The position numbers were made by a program, and so were the translations under genes. A DNA stretch of 64,000 nucleotides from an uncultured Actinomycetota bacterium (GTDB taxonomy: Bacteria; Actinomycetota; Actinomycetes; JACCUZ01), in the NCBI GenBank assembly GCA_963723975.1, contig CAVRTI010000002.1:199473-263472 (forward strand). Direction: 5' to 3'. Below the pieces are notes generated by a model that worked only from the letters and a program-made list of their open reading frames with translations, was not told where the DNA came from and did no database searches. Numbering within the stretch: position 1 is the stretch's first letter; every line of letters starts with the position of its first letter. Positions 49,859-58,252 of the stretch are shown piece by piece.

Positions 49859-51448
49859 TCAGGTGGGTCGGATGCCGGCGACGGTTGTCCGCAGCCGGTA
49901 GACGCTGGTCAGTGCGGTCACGTAGAGCGTGCGCCCGTCGGCGTCTCCCCAGGCGAGGTTGTGCGGGTCCTCGGGCAGCCGCAGGGTCGCGAGGTGCACG
50001 CCGTCGGGTGACAGCACCCAGATCCCGCCCGGGCCACACACCCAGAGGTTGCCGCGTGCGTCGACCTTGATGCCGTCGATGGCGTCCTCGCCCTCCGCGT
50101 CGGTCATGTCGTGCAGGACGACGCCGCCGGACACCTCGCCGTCCGGCGCCACGTCGTACCGCATGACGACCTTGCGGACGGGATCCCAGTTGCCGACGTA
50201 GAGGTACCGCTCGTCCGGCGAGAAGGCGATGCCGTTCGGGCCGGCGAGCGAGTCGTCGACGAGCGACACGGCGCCGTCCCGCACCATGAAGACGCCGCTG
50301 AATCCCAGTTCCTTCTTGGGATCGTCGAAGACCTCGGGCAGACCGAACGGCGGGTCGGTGAAGTACAGCGTGCCGTCGGACCGGTAGACGAGGTCGTTGG
50401 GGCTGTTCAGCCGCTTGCCGTCGAAGTGGTCGGCCAGGACGGTGACGTTCCCGTGCGGCTCGACCCGGACGATTCGGCGGTTGCCGTGCTGGCACAGCGT
50501 GAGCCGGCCCTGCGGGTCGAACGTGAGCCCGTTCGACCCAGGCTGGTGGTAGCGGCCGATGTCCACGCCGGTGTAGCCGCTGTGGGACCGGAACACGGTG
50601 AGGGAGCCGCCGGGAACCAGCCGGTAGACCTGGTTGGTGTTCGGCGCGCTGAACAGCAGTGAGCCGTCCCTGGACCAGACCGGGCCCTCGGTGAACTCGA
50701 ATCCGCCGGCCACCCGCTCCAGCGGGGTGCCGGGCGCGACGAGCTCGTCGATGCGGTCGCCCTCCCGCAGCACCTCGTACGTCACGCGCTCGACCGCTAC
50801 GGCGCTGGCCGTGGCGAACACGTCGAGCGTCGCGCCGCGCAGCCAGATGTAGTTCTCCGGCGCCGCCGAGATCGGGCCGTTGATGCCGAACACCGCGACC
50901 TGGAAGGTCTGGCCCGGCTGTGCGTCGGTGGTGAGCACCACCCGGTTCGGCGCGTTGAACCCGCCGACCACCGGACCGCCCGTGTCTCCGAGCGCGGCCG
51001 GCAGGCGGCCGTCCACCCACACCTCGGCGTAGTCGTCGACGACCACCTCGAACACGATCGTGGCACCGGTCGGGTCGAGGTCGCCGACCCGCGGCGGGAC
51101 CGTCACCTCCAGCCGGTACCAGCTGAAGCAGACCTTGCCGGTGCTCAGCCGGAGCATCGTGTCGGCCGGACGCAGCTCGCGCCAGCCCGAGTCGTCGAAG
51201 TCCGCGGCCCCGGCTTGCGGGCGCACCTCGTAGGTGCGGTTGGGGCGGTCGCCGGGCCCGAGCGGGTCGGCAGCCGACCCGACCTCGACGAAGTCGACCT
51301 CCTCGACCCGCGCGTCGGAGTACCGCCACCGGGCCCCGACCAGGGCGGCTCCCTCGTCGGACTGGAGGTCCACGACTGCGTCCGGGCGGCCCGGCAGGAG
51401 CTGCGAGGGCCGCGGCAGGTTGGCCAGGAGGGTGTGCGACGTCGGCAT
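49859..51448 (-). CDS. SMP-30/gluconolactonase/LRE-family protein with about 220-aa N-terminal beta-rich domain
   Basis: C-terminal six-blade lactonase pattern (FTEGPVW, NSPNDLV, PNGIAFSPD, GIKVDARGNLW). Confidence 0.85.
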   Translation of the reverse strand: MPTSHTLLANLPRPSQLLPGRPDAVVDLQSDEGAALVGARWRYSDARVEEVDFVEVGSAADPLGPGDRPNRTYEVRPQAGAADFDDSGWRELRPADTMLRLSTGKVCFSWYRLEVTVPPRVGDLDPTGATIVFEVVVDDYAEVWVDGRLPAALGDTGGPVVGGFNAPNRVVLTTDAQPGQTFQVAVFGINGPISAAPENYIWLRGATLDVFATASAVAVERVTYEVLREGDRIDELVAPGTPLERVAGGFEFTEGPVWSRDGSLLFSAPNTNQVYRLVPGGSLTVFRSHSGYTGVDIGRYHQPGSNGLTFDPQGRLTLCQHGNRRIVRVEPHGNVTVLADHFDGKRLNSPNDLVYRSDGTLYFTDPPFGLPEVFDDPKKELGFSGVFMVRDGAVSLVDDSLAGPNGIAFSPDERYLYVGNWDPVRKVVMRYDVAPDGEVSGGVVLHDMTDAEGEDAIDGIKVDARGNLWVCGPGGIWVLSPDGVHLATLRLPEDPHNLAWGDADGRTLYVTALTSVYRLRTTVAGIRPT

Positions 51449-51458
51449 GGCTGCCTCC

Positions 51459-52604
51459 TCAGGCCTCGACCTTGGCGACGAGGTAGAGGAACGGCTCCGA
51501 CACGTCGACGAACTGGTGCGGGACGCCGCTCGGGATCACGAGTACGTCCCCCTCGGCGAGCAGATGGGTCGCCTCCCCGGCCACGACCGTCGCCTCGCCC
51601 TCGACCACGTGCATGATGTCGACGACGTCCTCGTGCAGCTCGACGTCGCCCGGTGCCGTGCGGCGGCCGGCATCGACCTGGTATCCCGCGGTGTCGACCA
51701 ACAGGCCGCCGGTCTCGAACTTGGCACGCACGGCCTGCCGCGGGATGAGCACCGCCGCCGGAGCCGCCCCGCGGGCCGCGTCCTCGGCGGCCCGCTGGCC
51801 CAGCACGGACAGCTCCTGGTCCTCGTCCGCCGAGGATGCCCCGCTGACCCCTACCGCACCGACCACCTGGCCGTCGACGGTGATCGGCATGCCCCCTTGC
51901 AGCGGCACCGCCCCCGCCAGGTGCAGCGCCGCCGGGCGGCCGCCGGAGGCCTGGTCCTCGAAGTCCTTGCTGGGGCGACGGAACAGTGCCGCCGTGTGCG
52001 CCTTGTCGGTGGCCACCGCGACGCTCGCGACCTGCGCCGCGTCGGGCCGCCAGAGGTAGACCAGGTCGCCGCCGGCGTCGACGACCGCCACGACCGGCGC
52101 GACCCCGCGGACGGTCGCCTGCGCACCCGCCGTCTCGGCGGCGAGCCTGGCCAGCGACCTGGTCATGGCCGGTACCTGGCGGGTGGAGAAGTCCGCGGCG
52201 GCCCCGGCCAGCGACACCCATTCGTCCTCCCCGGTCGTCTCGCCGCTGGTGCCCACGGCGCCGACCACCTCGCCGTCGACCGTGAGCGGGATGCCGCCGA
52301 TGAGCGCCCTGGCGCCGTGCAGGGCGAGACCGCCCAGCCGGCCGCCGTTGACCTGCTCCTCGATCTCCCGGCTGGGCCGCACGAAGATCGCCGCGGTCCG
52401 CGCCTTGTCGACGGCGACCTGGTCGCTGGCCAGCTGGGCGTCCTCGGTGCGGCGCAGGCCGAGCAGCCGGCCGGAGGCGTCCACCACGGCGATGACGACG
52501 CGGTAGCCCTTGCCCAGCGCCGCCCCCTCCGCCGCGGTGAGGACGGCGTCGACACCGGCGGTGTCGAGGATCCTGCGGGTACGGACCGCGGTCATGGCGG
52601 TCAC
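51459..52604 (-). CDS. tandem GlcG/HbpS-like (DUF336) domains fused to a C-terminal cupin
   Basis: Two copies of the ...GG.P...DG.VVGAVG.SG... module, then a cupin-like GEATHLLAEGDVLVIPSGVPHQF. Confidence 0.8.
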   Translation of the reverse strand: MTAMTAVRTRRILDTAGVDAVLTAAEGAALGKGYRVVIAVVDASGRLLGLRRTEDAQLASDQVAVDKARTAAIFVRPSREIEEQVNGGRLGGLALHGARALIGGIPLTVDGEVVGAVGTSGETTGEDEWVSLAGAAADFSTRQVPAMTRSLARLAAETAGAQATVRGVAPVVAVVDAGGDLVYLWRPDAAQVASVAVATDKAHTAALFRRPSKDFEDQASGGRPAALHLAGAVPLQGGMPITVDGQVVGAVGVSGASSADEDQELSVLGQRAAEDAARGAAPAAVLIPRQAVRAKFETGGLLVDTAGYQVDAGRRTAPGDVELHEDVVDIMHVVEGEATVVAGEATHLLAEGDVLVIPSGVPHQFVDVSEPFLYLVAKVEA

Positions 52605-53597
52605 GCTCCTCTCGTGTCGAGCACGGCCGCCCAGAGGGCGGTGTCCGCGGTGATGAACAGGACGTTGCGGTGCATCCCGCCGAAGGTGAAGTTGACTGCG
52701 CCCGGGACGTCGATCTGACCGAGGCGCGCTCCGCCGGGGTCGAGCACCTGGACCCCGGAGAAGGACGACACGTACACGCGCCCGGCCTCGTCGGTGACAA
52801 CACCGTCGGGGAACCCCGGCGAGATGTCAGCGAGCAGCTGCCGGCTGCAGCACCGAGCCGGCGGCGTCGAGGTGCAGGGCAACCACGTGGTGCGGGCGGT
52901 CCGGGTCGAAGCTGCCCGGCTCGTGGTTGGCGCCGCTGTCGGTGACGTAGAGCACCGAGCCGTCCGGCGAGAACGCCACCCCGTTGGGCTTGACGAACGT
53001 GTCGTCGACCACGCGCAGGCCGCCGGTGGTGGGGTCCAGCCGGTAGACGGCATCGGGGGTCTCCGGACGCGGGCGGAAACCCTGCAGGAAACCGTAGGAC
53101 GGGTCGGTGAACCAGATGGTCCCGTCGGCGCGGACGGCGACGTCGTTGGGTGAGGACAGGCGGCCACCGCCGGGCCGTTCCACGACGGTCGTCGCCGTGC
53201 CGGTACGCCGGTCCACCCGGGCGATCCTCGCCGGCTGGTACCAGCTGCCCTGCTCGCAGACCAGCAGGCTGCCGTCCGGAGCGAGCGTCATGCCGTTGGC
53301 CGCGTTGGCCTGCGGCCGGAGCACCGACACGCGCGCCTGCTCGAGCGGGAAGCGCAGACCGTCCAGCGCGAGCCGTTTGATGTCGACCAGCGGGACGTCG
53401 CGACCGGCCTCGCGGCGGGTGCGCGGCAGGCTGGTGAAGTAGAGCGCGTCCTCCTCCGCCACGTAGACGGGGCCCTCGTGCGCGTCGACGTCGAGCACCT
53501 TCGCCAGACGCGGCCGCGCTCCGGTGACGCCGCGGAACGCCTCGTCGTACGCCGTGAAGCCCTCGACCCGGAGCCCGACAGGCGCGCTGGCGGTCAC
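52601..53597 (-). pseudogene. SMP-30/gluconolactonase/LRE-family protein, frameshifted near 52843
   Basis: GTGA overlap with the GMC gene. HEGPVY, SSPNDVAV, PNGVAFSPDG. The frame breaks at ...LDAAGSVLQ | RQLLADISPGFPDGVVTDEAGRVY... Confidence 0.8.
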
Positions 53598-55228
53598 GCC
53601 GGCGTCCCTGCGCGGCTCGGTGTGAGGTGCAGGGTCGACGCCTGGGCCGGCAGGCGGGGCCGGACGACCGGCTCGGCGAGGGTGCTGGCGCCGAGCCGGC
53701 CGGCCACCGTCTCGGCGATACGCAGCGCGTTGGCGATGATGGTCAGCGTCGGGTTCACGGCCGTGCTCGAGACGAAGAAGCTCGAGTCCGCGACATAGAC
53801 GTTGTCCAGCTCGTGCATCCGGCACTCGAGGTCCAGGGCGGACGACCTGGGGTCCGTCCCGAAGCGGACCGTGCCGTTCTGGTGGGCGACGCCGGCGATA
53901 CCGAGCCGGCCGCCGACGTACGACAGGTTCTCGTAGACCTCCTCGCGGCACTGCATGGCGGACAGGAGTCCCTCGAACTTCTCCCGCAGCCGCTGGTGCG
54001 CCTCGAGGTTGGTCGGGGTGTAGCGCAGGCTGATGGCGCCGTCACGGTCGACGGTGACCCGGTTGTCGGGCAGCGGCAGGTCCTCGGTGGTCAACCAGAA
54101 GTCCAGCGCGTGCCGAGCCACCTCGGCCGGGTCGGGGTGGTCCTTCACGTCGAAGGCGATCAGCGTCGCGTCGCTCTTGCCGAGCATCTGCATCGCGCCG
54201 AGCGGGAACCCGAAGTCGCCGTCCGGGTCACCGAGGTAGTAGTCGTTGATGCCCAGCGTCTTCTGGAACTTCGTCGGGTTCGGCGACTTCGAGAACGCGA
54301 TGAGCGACGAGTTGTTGTGCAGCATGAGATTGCGGCCGACCTGGCCCGAGCCGTTGCCCAGCCCGTCAGGGTGCGCCTCGTTGGCCGACCGAAGCAGCAG
54401 CGCGGCCGAGTTGATGGCACCGCCGGCCACGACCACGACGTCGGCCGTGTAGCGCTCCGTCGCCCCCTCGCGCTCGACCACGACTCCGGTGACCGTGCGG
54501 CCCGCAGCGTCGGTCTCCAGCCGGGTCACCAACGCATGGGTGAGAAGCGTGACGTTCGGGTAGCGCAGCGCCGGGTCGACCGCGATGACGGCCGCGTCGG
54601 CCTTGCCGTTGGTCGGGCAGGCATAGCCGTCGCAGGTGGCGCAGCGGATGCATGCCGAGCGCCACGGCGCCTCCTCGTCCAGCAGGATGCCGTTGGGCAG
54701 CGGGAACGGGTTCAGCCCGGCGCCACGCAGGTCGGCCGAGAGCTGGGCGATCCGTGGCTCGTGGCTGATGGCGGGGAACGGGTAGGGGGTGTCGCAGGGC
54801 GGCTCGGTAGGGTCCGAGCCACGCTCGCCGTGCACCTGGTAGAGCCGTTCGGCCCGGGTGTACCAGGGCTCGAGATCGGCATAGCCGATCGGCCAGGACG
54901 GCGAGATCCCGTCGACGTGCCGGATCTCGCCGAAGTCCTGCTCCCTGAACCGGAAGAGGATGGCGCCGTAGACCTTGGTGTTACCGCCGACGTAGTAGTG
55001 CTGCTTGGGGGTGAACGTCTTGCCGGTGGCCGCGTCGGTCCACTTCCCGGCGTTGGAGTACCGCTTGTCCAGCCAGACGGCCTTCGAGTCCCAGTTCTCG
55101 ATCTCGCGCGGCAGGAAGCCACCACGCTCGAGCAGCAGCACCCGCTTCCCGGTGGGCGCCAGCGCATGCGTGAGGGTGCCGCCGCCGGCGCCGGAGCCGA
55201 TGACGATGACGTCGTAGTGGTCGGTCAT
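53594..55228 (-). CDS. GMC-family FAD oxidoreductase
   Basis: N-terminal DVIVIGSGAGGG and overall GMC pattern through to the C-terminal active-site region. Confidence 0.9.
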   Translation of the reverse strand: MTDHYDVIVIGSGAGGGTLTHALAPTGKRVLLLERGGFLPREIENWDSKAVWLDKRYSNAGKWTDAATGKTFTPKQHYYVGGNTKVYGAILFRFREQDFGEIRHVDGISPSWPIGYADLEPWYTRAERLYQVHGERGSDPTEPPCDTPYPFPAISHEPRIAQLSADLRGAGLNPFPLPNGILLDEEAPWRSACIRCATCDGYACPTNGKADAAVIAVDPALRYPNVTLLTHALVTRLETDAAGRTVTGVVVEREGATERYTADVVVVAGGAINSAALLLRSANEAHPDGLGNGSGQVGRNLMLHNNSSLIAFSKSPNPTKFQKTLGINDYYLGDPDGDFGFPLGAMQMLGKSDATLIAFDVKDHPDPAEVARHALDFWLTTEDLPLPDNRVTVDRDGAISLRYTPTNLEAHQRLREKFEGLLSAMQCREEVYENLSYVGGRLGIAGVAHQNGTVRFGTDPRSSALDLECRMHELDNVYVADSSFFVSSTAVNPTLTIIANALRIAETVAGRLGASTLAEPVVRPRLPAQASTLHLTPSRAGTPA

Positions 55229-55257
55229 GGCGGTGCTCCTCTGAGCCTCTCGAGTGG

Positions 55258-56205
55258 TCAGACGACGGCCAGCGGCGCGATCCAGGCGCCGGTAGCGCCG
55301 CGCAGCTTGGCGTGGGAGATGACGAGCAGGAACTCACGAAGGCCCTCGCGGGCGACCTCGGCGAGATGCAGGTTCTCCACGACGACGACGCCGTGGTGCG
55401 TGTTGAGCGTCTGAGGTACGACGAACGGCTCGGCCGGGTCCTCCGGCGGGACGGGTCCGTAGCTCCACGTGTCGCACCCGGTGAGCGCGACGCGGTGGTC
55501 GGCCAGCCAGGCAGCCAGCGCCATCCCGGGGCCAGGCTCGCCGGCGCCGTACCTCTCGTTGTCGACGCCCCACAGCGAGCCCCAGCCGGTGTGCACCAGC
55601 AGCGCGTCGCCCGGCTGCACCTGCAGGCCGGCCCGGTCCAGCGACATCTCGACGTCGTCGGGGGTCACGACCTGGCCGGGCTCCAGCCGGTGGACTCCGC
55701 GCAGTGCCGCGACGTCCACCAGCAGCCCTCGGGTCACGACCTGCGGAAGGGTCTCGATACCCAGCCTGTTGGTGCCGTGCTCCTCGGCGATGTCGGCGAG
55801 CCGGTGCCCGTTGTAGGTGCGGTCGCCCACCTGGAGGTGGTTGAGGCCGTCCATGTGGGTCCCCATCTGCTGGGTCGCGGTCACCTGCTCGACGACCCAG
55901 TTGACGTTGTTCCTGCCCCAGCCCTCCGGCCCAGCGTCGGGCCGGCGCCGGTTCACCTGGTGGGCGTTGGTGGTGAGGTACTGCCGGAAGGTCCGCCCCG
56001 GGAAGGCCGGGACGTCGGCGTGCAGCACGTGGGCGAGGTCGAAGACCCGGCCCTGGCGCACCAGGCGGACCGCCTCGAGCACCTTCTGCGGGCCGATCTC
56101 GTTGAGCGCTCCAGCCTCGTCGTCGGCGCCGTACCGGGACGGCCACCAGGTACTGCGCGCCTGCGGCACCTGGGCGGCCGGCCCGGTCACCGTCGTCCCT
56201 GTCAC
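55258..56205 (-). CDS. cyclase-family protein (kynurenine-formamidase-like fold)
   Basis: QMGTHMDGLNHL metal motif. GTG 56205 chosen, 8 nt after the upstream stop; GTG 56190 is an alternative. Confidence 0.85.
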   Translation of the reverse strand: MTGTTVTGPAAQVPQARSTWWPSRYGADDEAGALNEIGPQKVLEAVRLVRQGRVFDLAHVLHADVPAFPGRTFRQYLTTNAHQVNRRRPDAGPEGWGRNNVNWVVEQVTATQQMGTHMDGLNHLQVGDRTYNGHRLADIAEEHGTNRLGIETLPQVVTRGLLVDVAALRGVHRLEPGQVVTPDDVEMSLDRAGLQVQPGDALLVHTGWGSLWGVDNERYGAGEPGPGMALAAWLADHRVALTGCDTWSYGPVPPEDPAEPFVVPQTLNTHHGVVVVENLHLAEVAREGLREFLLVISHAKLRGATGAWIAPLAVV

Positions 56206-56212
56206 GGCCGGC

Positions 56213-57034
56213 TCACTCGCTCGACCAGGTGGTCTCGAACGACGGGTAGAGCGTGAGGCCGCCATCGACGAACAGCGTCTGCCCGGTGATGTAGCCGGCC
56301 TCGTCCGAGCAGAGGAAGGCGGTCGCCGCAGCCATCTCCTCGGCGTCGCCCGCGCGGCGCATCGGGATGTGGCTCTCGACCGCCTGCCGCTTCACCGGGT
56401 CATCGATCCACGAGCGATTGATCGGCGTGATCGTGGCGCCCGGCCCGATGCCGTTGACCCGGACGCCGCGGCCGGCGTACTCCAGCGCGAGGGTGTGCGT
56501 GAGGTTCGCCATGCCGCCCTTGGACACCGAGTAGCCCACGAAGCGTGGCTTCGGGATCACCTGATGGACGCTGGACACGTTGACGATCACCCCACCCCGA
56601 CCGGAGTCGAGGAAGTGCCGCAACGCCTGCTGGGCGCAGAGGAAGGCGCCGCGCAGGTTGACGGCGAGCACCCGGTCGAAGTCCGCGACGCTGAGCTTGT
56701 CGGTGTCCTCGGCGACCTGGATCCCCGCGTTGTTGATGAGCACGTCGATCCGGCCGTACTCGTCCAGCACCTGCCGGAACATCGCCTCGACCTGGTCCTC
56801 CTGCGACACGTCCGCGGCGACCAGGATCGGCCTGGTGCCCGAGGCGGCCATCTGCTTCATGCAGATGTCGACGCCGTGCTCGATCGCGTCCTTGGTCTCC
56901 TCCGCGCCCTCGGGCCGCCCGACGTAGTTGATGGCGACGTCGACGCTCTCCTCGCCGAGCCGGATGGCGATGGCCTGCCCGATGCCCGAGCTGCCACCGG
57001 TGACCACGGCCACCTTGCCTGCCAGACCCTTCAT
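56213..57034 (-). CDS. SDR-family oxidoreductase (glucose 1-dehydrogenase-like)
   Basis: TGGSSGIG, NNAG and the S...YxxxK catalytic pattern (YSVSK). Confidence 0.9.
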   Translation of the reverse strand: MKGLAGKVAVVTGGSSGIGQAIAIRLGEESVDVAINYVGRPEGAEETKDAIEHGVDICMKQMAASGTRPILVAADVSQEDQVEAMFRQVLDEYGRIDVLINNAGIQVAEDTDKLSVADFDRVLAVNLRGAFLCAQQALRHFLDSGRGGVIVNVSSVHQVIPKPRFVGYSVSKGGMANLTHTLALEYAGRGVRVNGIGPGATITPINRSWIDDPVKRQAVESHIPMRRAGDAEEMAAATAFLCSDEAGYITGQTLFVDGGLTLYPSFETTWSSE

Positions 57035-57088
57035 GACCTGTCTCCTCGTCTCGCGATTAGGTGGTCAGTCACCTACCGGTTCTGCGCG

Positions 57089-57733
57089 TTACAGCGCGGC
57101 CGCGTCGTGCCCGGCACGCAGGAAGGTCAACGCCTGCTCGGCGTCCGTCACCTGGTCCCAGGTGCGGAAGGCTCCGAACGGCGCGTTCCAGAAGTCGCCT
57201 ACCTGCCGGCCGGGGTCGTGCGGGCCGACGTAGACGTAGGGCACGGTGATGTTCGCGTCGCCGGGCGAGAATCCGTAGTTGACCGTCCCGGCGGTGACCC
57301 CGAGGTCGAAGTGCTCGGGGAAGATCTGCGGTGCCGTCGGCTGCTCCGACGCCAGTTCGGCGGCCAGCGCGGTGAGCGCGCGGTGGGCCGTGGCGAACCA
57401 GCCGGCGAGGGCCGCGGCGGCCGCCGGGTCGACCACCAGCGGCCGGTGCGGCTCGAACGGGGTCGCCGGCTCGTGCTTGGTCCACGGGAACCCAGCAGGC
57501 ACACCCGCGACACCGGCGGCTTCCGCGAGCGTCGTCAACGGGGCGCGGCGCTCGCCGTCCGGGGCGGTCACGACGAGTTCGGCTCCGTCGACGGCGAGCC
57601 TGCTGCCGTCCGGGAGGACCGGAGTCCCGAAGCCCCCTGGCGTGGCGAGGAGGGTGATCTCCCCGGTGGCGCGCTTGCGGGTCGCGGCGAGCAGGTGCTC
57701 GGCCACCCGGTGCAGCGATTCGCGGGTGGTCAC
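57089..57733 (-). CDS. hypothetical protein (214 aa)
   Basis: High GC3 and a TAA stop. GTG 57733 start. ATG 57760 (MTTINAD...) would join it only across a 1-nt indel near 57738, so the N-terminus is uncertain. Confidence 0.6.
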   Translation of the reverse strand: MTTRESLHRVAEHLLAATRKRATGEITLLATPGGFGTPVLPDGSRLAVDGAELVVTAPDGERRAPLTTLAEAAGVAGVPAGFPWTKHEPATPFEPHRPLVVDPAAAAALAGWFATAHRALTALAAELASEQPTAPQIFPEHFDLGVTAGTVNYGFSPGDANITVPYVYVGPHDPGRQVGDFWNAPFGAFRTWDQVTDAEQALTFLRAGHDAAAL

Positions 57734-57792
57734 CAGATCGGTCGGCGTTGATGGTCGTCATGGCGTCCAGTCTCGCGAGGACGCGTAACGTT

Positions 57793-57816
57793 GCGGCGGC
57801 GGCGGCGGCCGCGGCG
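57793..57816. repeat. GCG trinucleotide repeat (8 units, one GCC) flanked by GCGTAACG direct repeats
   Basis: gcggcggcggcggcggccgcggcg lies between acGCGTAACGtt (57781-57792) and gGCGTAACGcg (57811-57821). Confidence 0.7.
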
Positions 57817-57848
57817 TAACGCGGCTCGAGGCACCCAGACTGCGCCGT

Positions 57849-58218
57849 ATGACGACGGCGCCTCACGCAGAGCGCGACCGGCTGGCCGCGGCGGACGACG
57901 GGCGGGAGCGGTGGCGGGCCTGGAGGACGGCTTCTTCTACGACGTGCTGAGCTTCGCCGACGGCTCGGCCACCCGGTTGCGTCTCCGGTCGATGGTCGGG
58001 CTCATCCCGCTCTGCGCGACGACGACGCTGGGGACGGACACCCTGGGCCGGTTGCCCGACTTCGCCGACGGGTCGGCTGGTTCCTCGCCGACGAGCCGCG
58101 CTACCGCGGCGTCGTCGACAGCGAACGGCTCGTGCGGGTCCTTGCCACGATGCTGTCCGAGGTGGAGTTCCACTCCCCTCACGGGCTCCGGGCCCTGTCC
58201 CGCCGGCAGACCTGCTGA
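57849..58218 (+). pseudogene. remnant of a GH63-like (MGH1-type) glucosidase gene: N-terminal 25 codons fused to a short C-terminal segment
   Basis: ATG 57849 MTTAPHAERDRLAAADDGRERWRAW abuts, out of frame, ...EDGFFYDVLSFADGSATRLRLRSMVGLIPLCA... A further frameshift near 58068 and a premature TGA at 58216-58218 follow. Confidence 0.6.
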
Positions 58219-58252
58219 TGCGCCCACGAGCGTGAGCCGACCCGCGCGGCAC

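Noticed and set aside
36163-52850. Programmed ribosomal frameshifting as an explanation for the interrupted genes
   Set aside because: The shift sites share no slippery heptamer or downstream structure. The contexts differ (GGGCCGGG, CAC-G-CCG, CCC, GGGGG), both +1 and -1 occur, and up to seven occur in one gene. The affected families are not known to use recoding.
57733-57760. Additional frameshift at the 5' end of the hypothetical gene (ATG 57760 MTTINAD... joining ...DLVTTRESL)
   Set aside because: This is plausible but not required. GTG 57733 gives an intact ORF, and I cannot judge from sequence alone whether the 9 upstream codons belong to the protein. It is left as a note on the feature.
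42231-57821. Recurring GCGTAACGC motif (42231-42242 minus strand, 44134-44145, 46070-46081, 57811-57821) as a dispersed regulatory element
   Set aside because: Two of the copies are simply TAA stop codons of GH15 and EamA in a GCG-TAA-CGC context. My rough expectation for such an 8-mer in 64 kb on both strands is about two, against four observed, which is not convincing. Only the perfect palindrome at 44130 and the paired copies at 57.8 kb are kept as findings.
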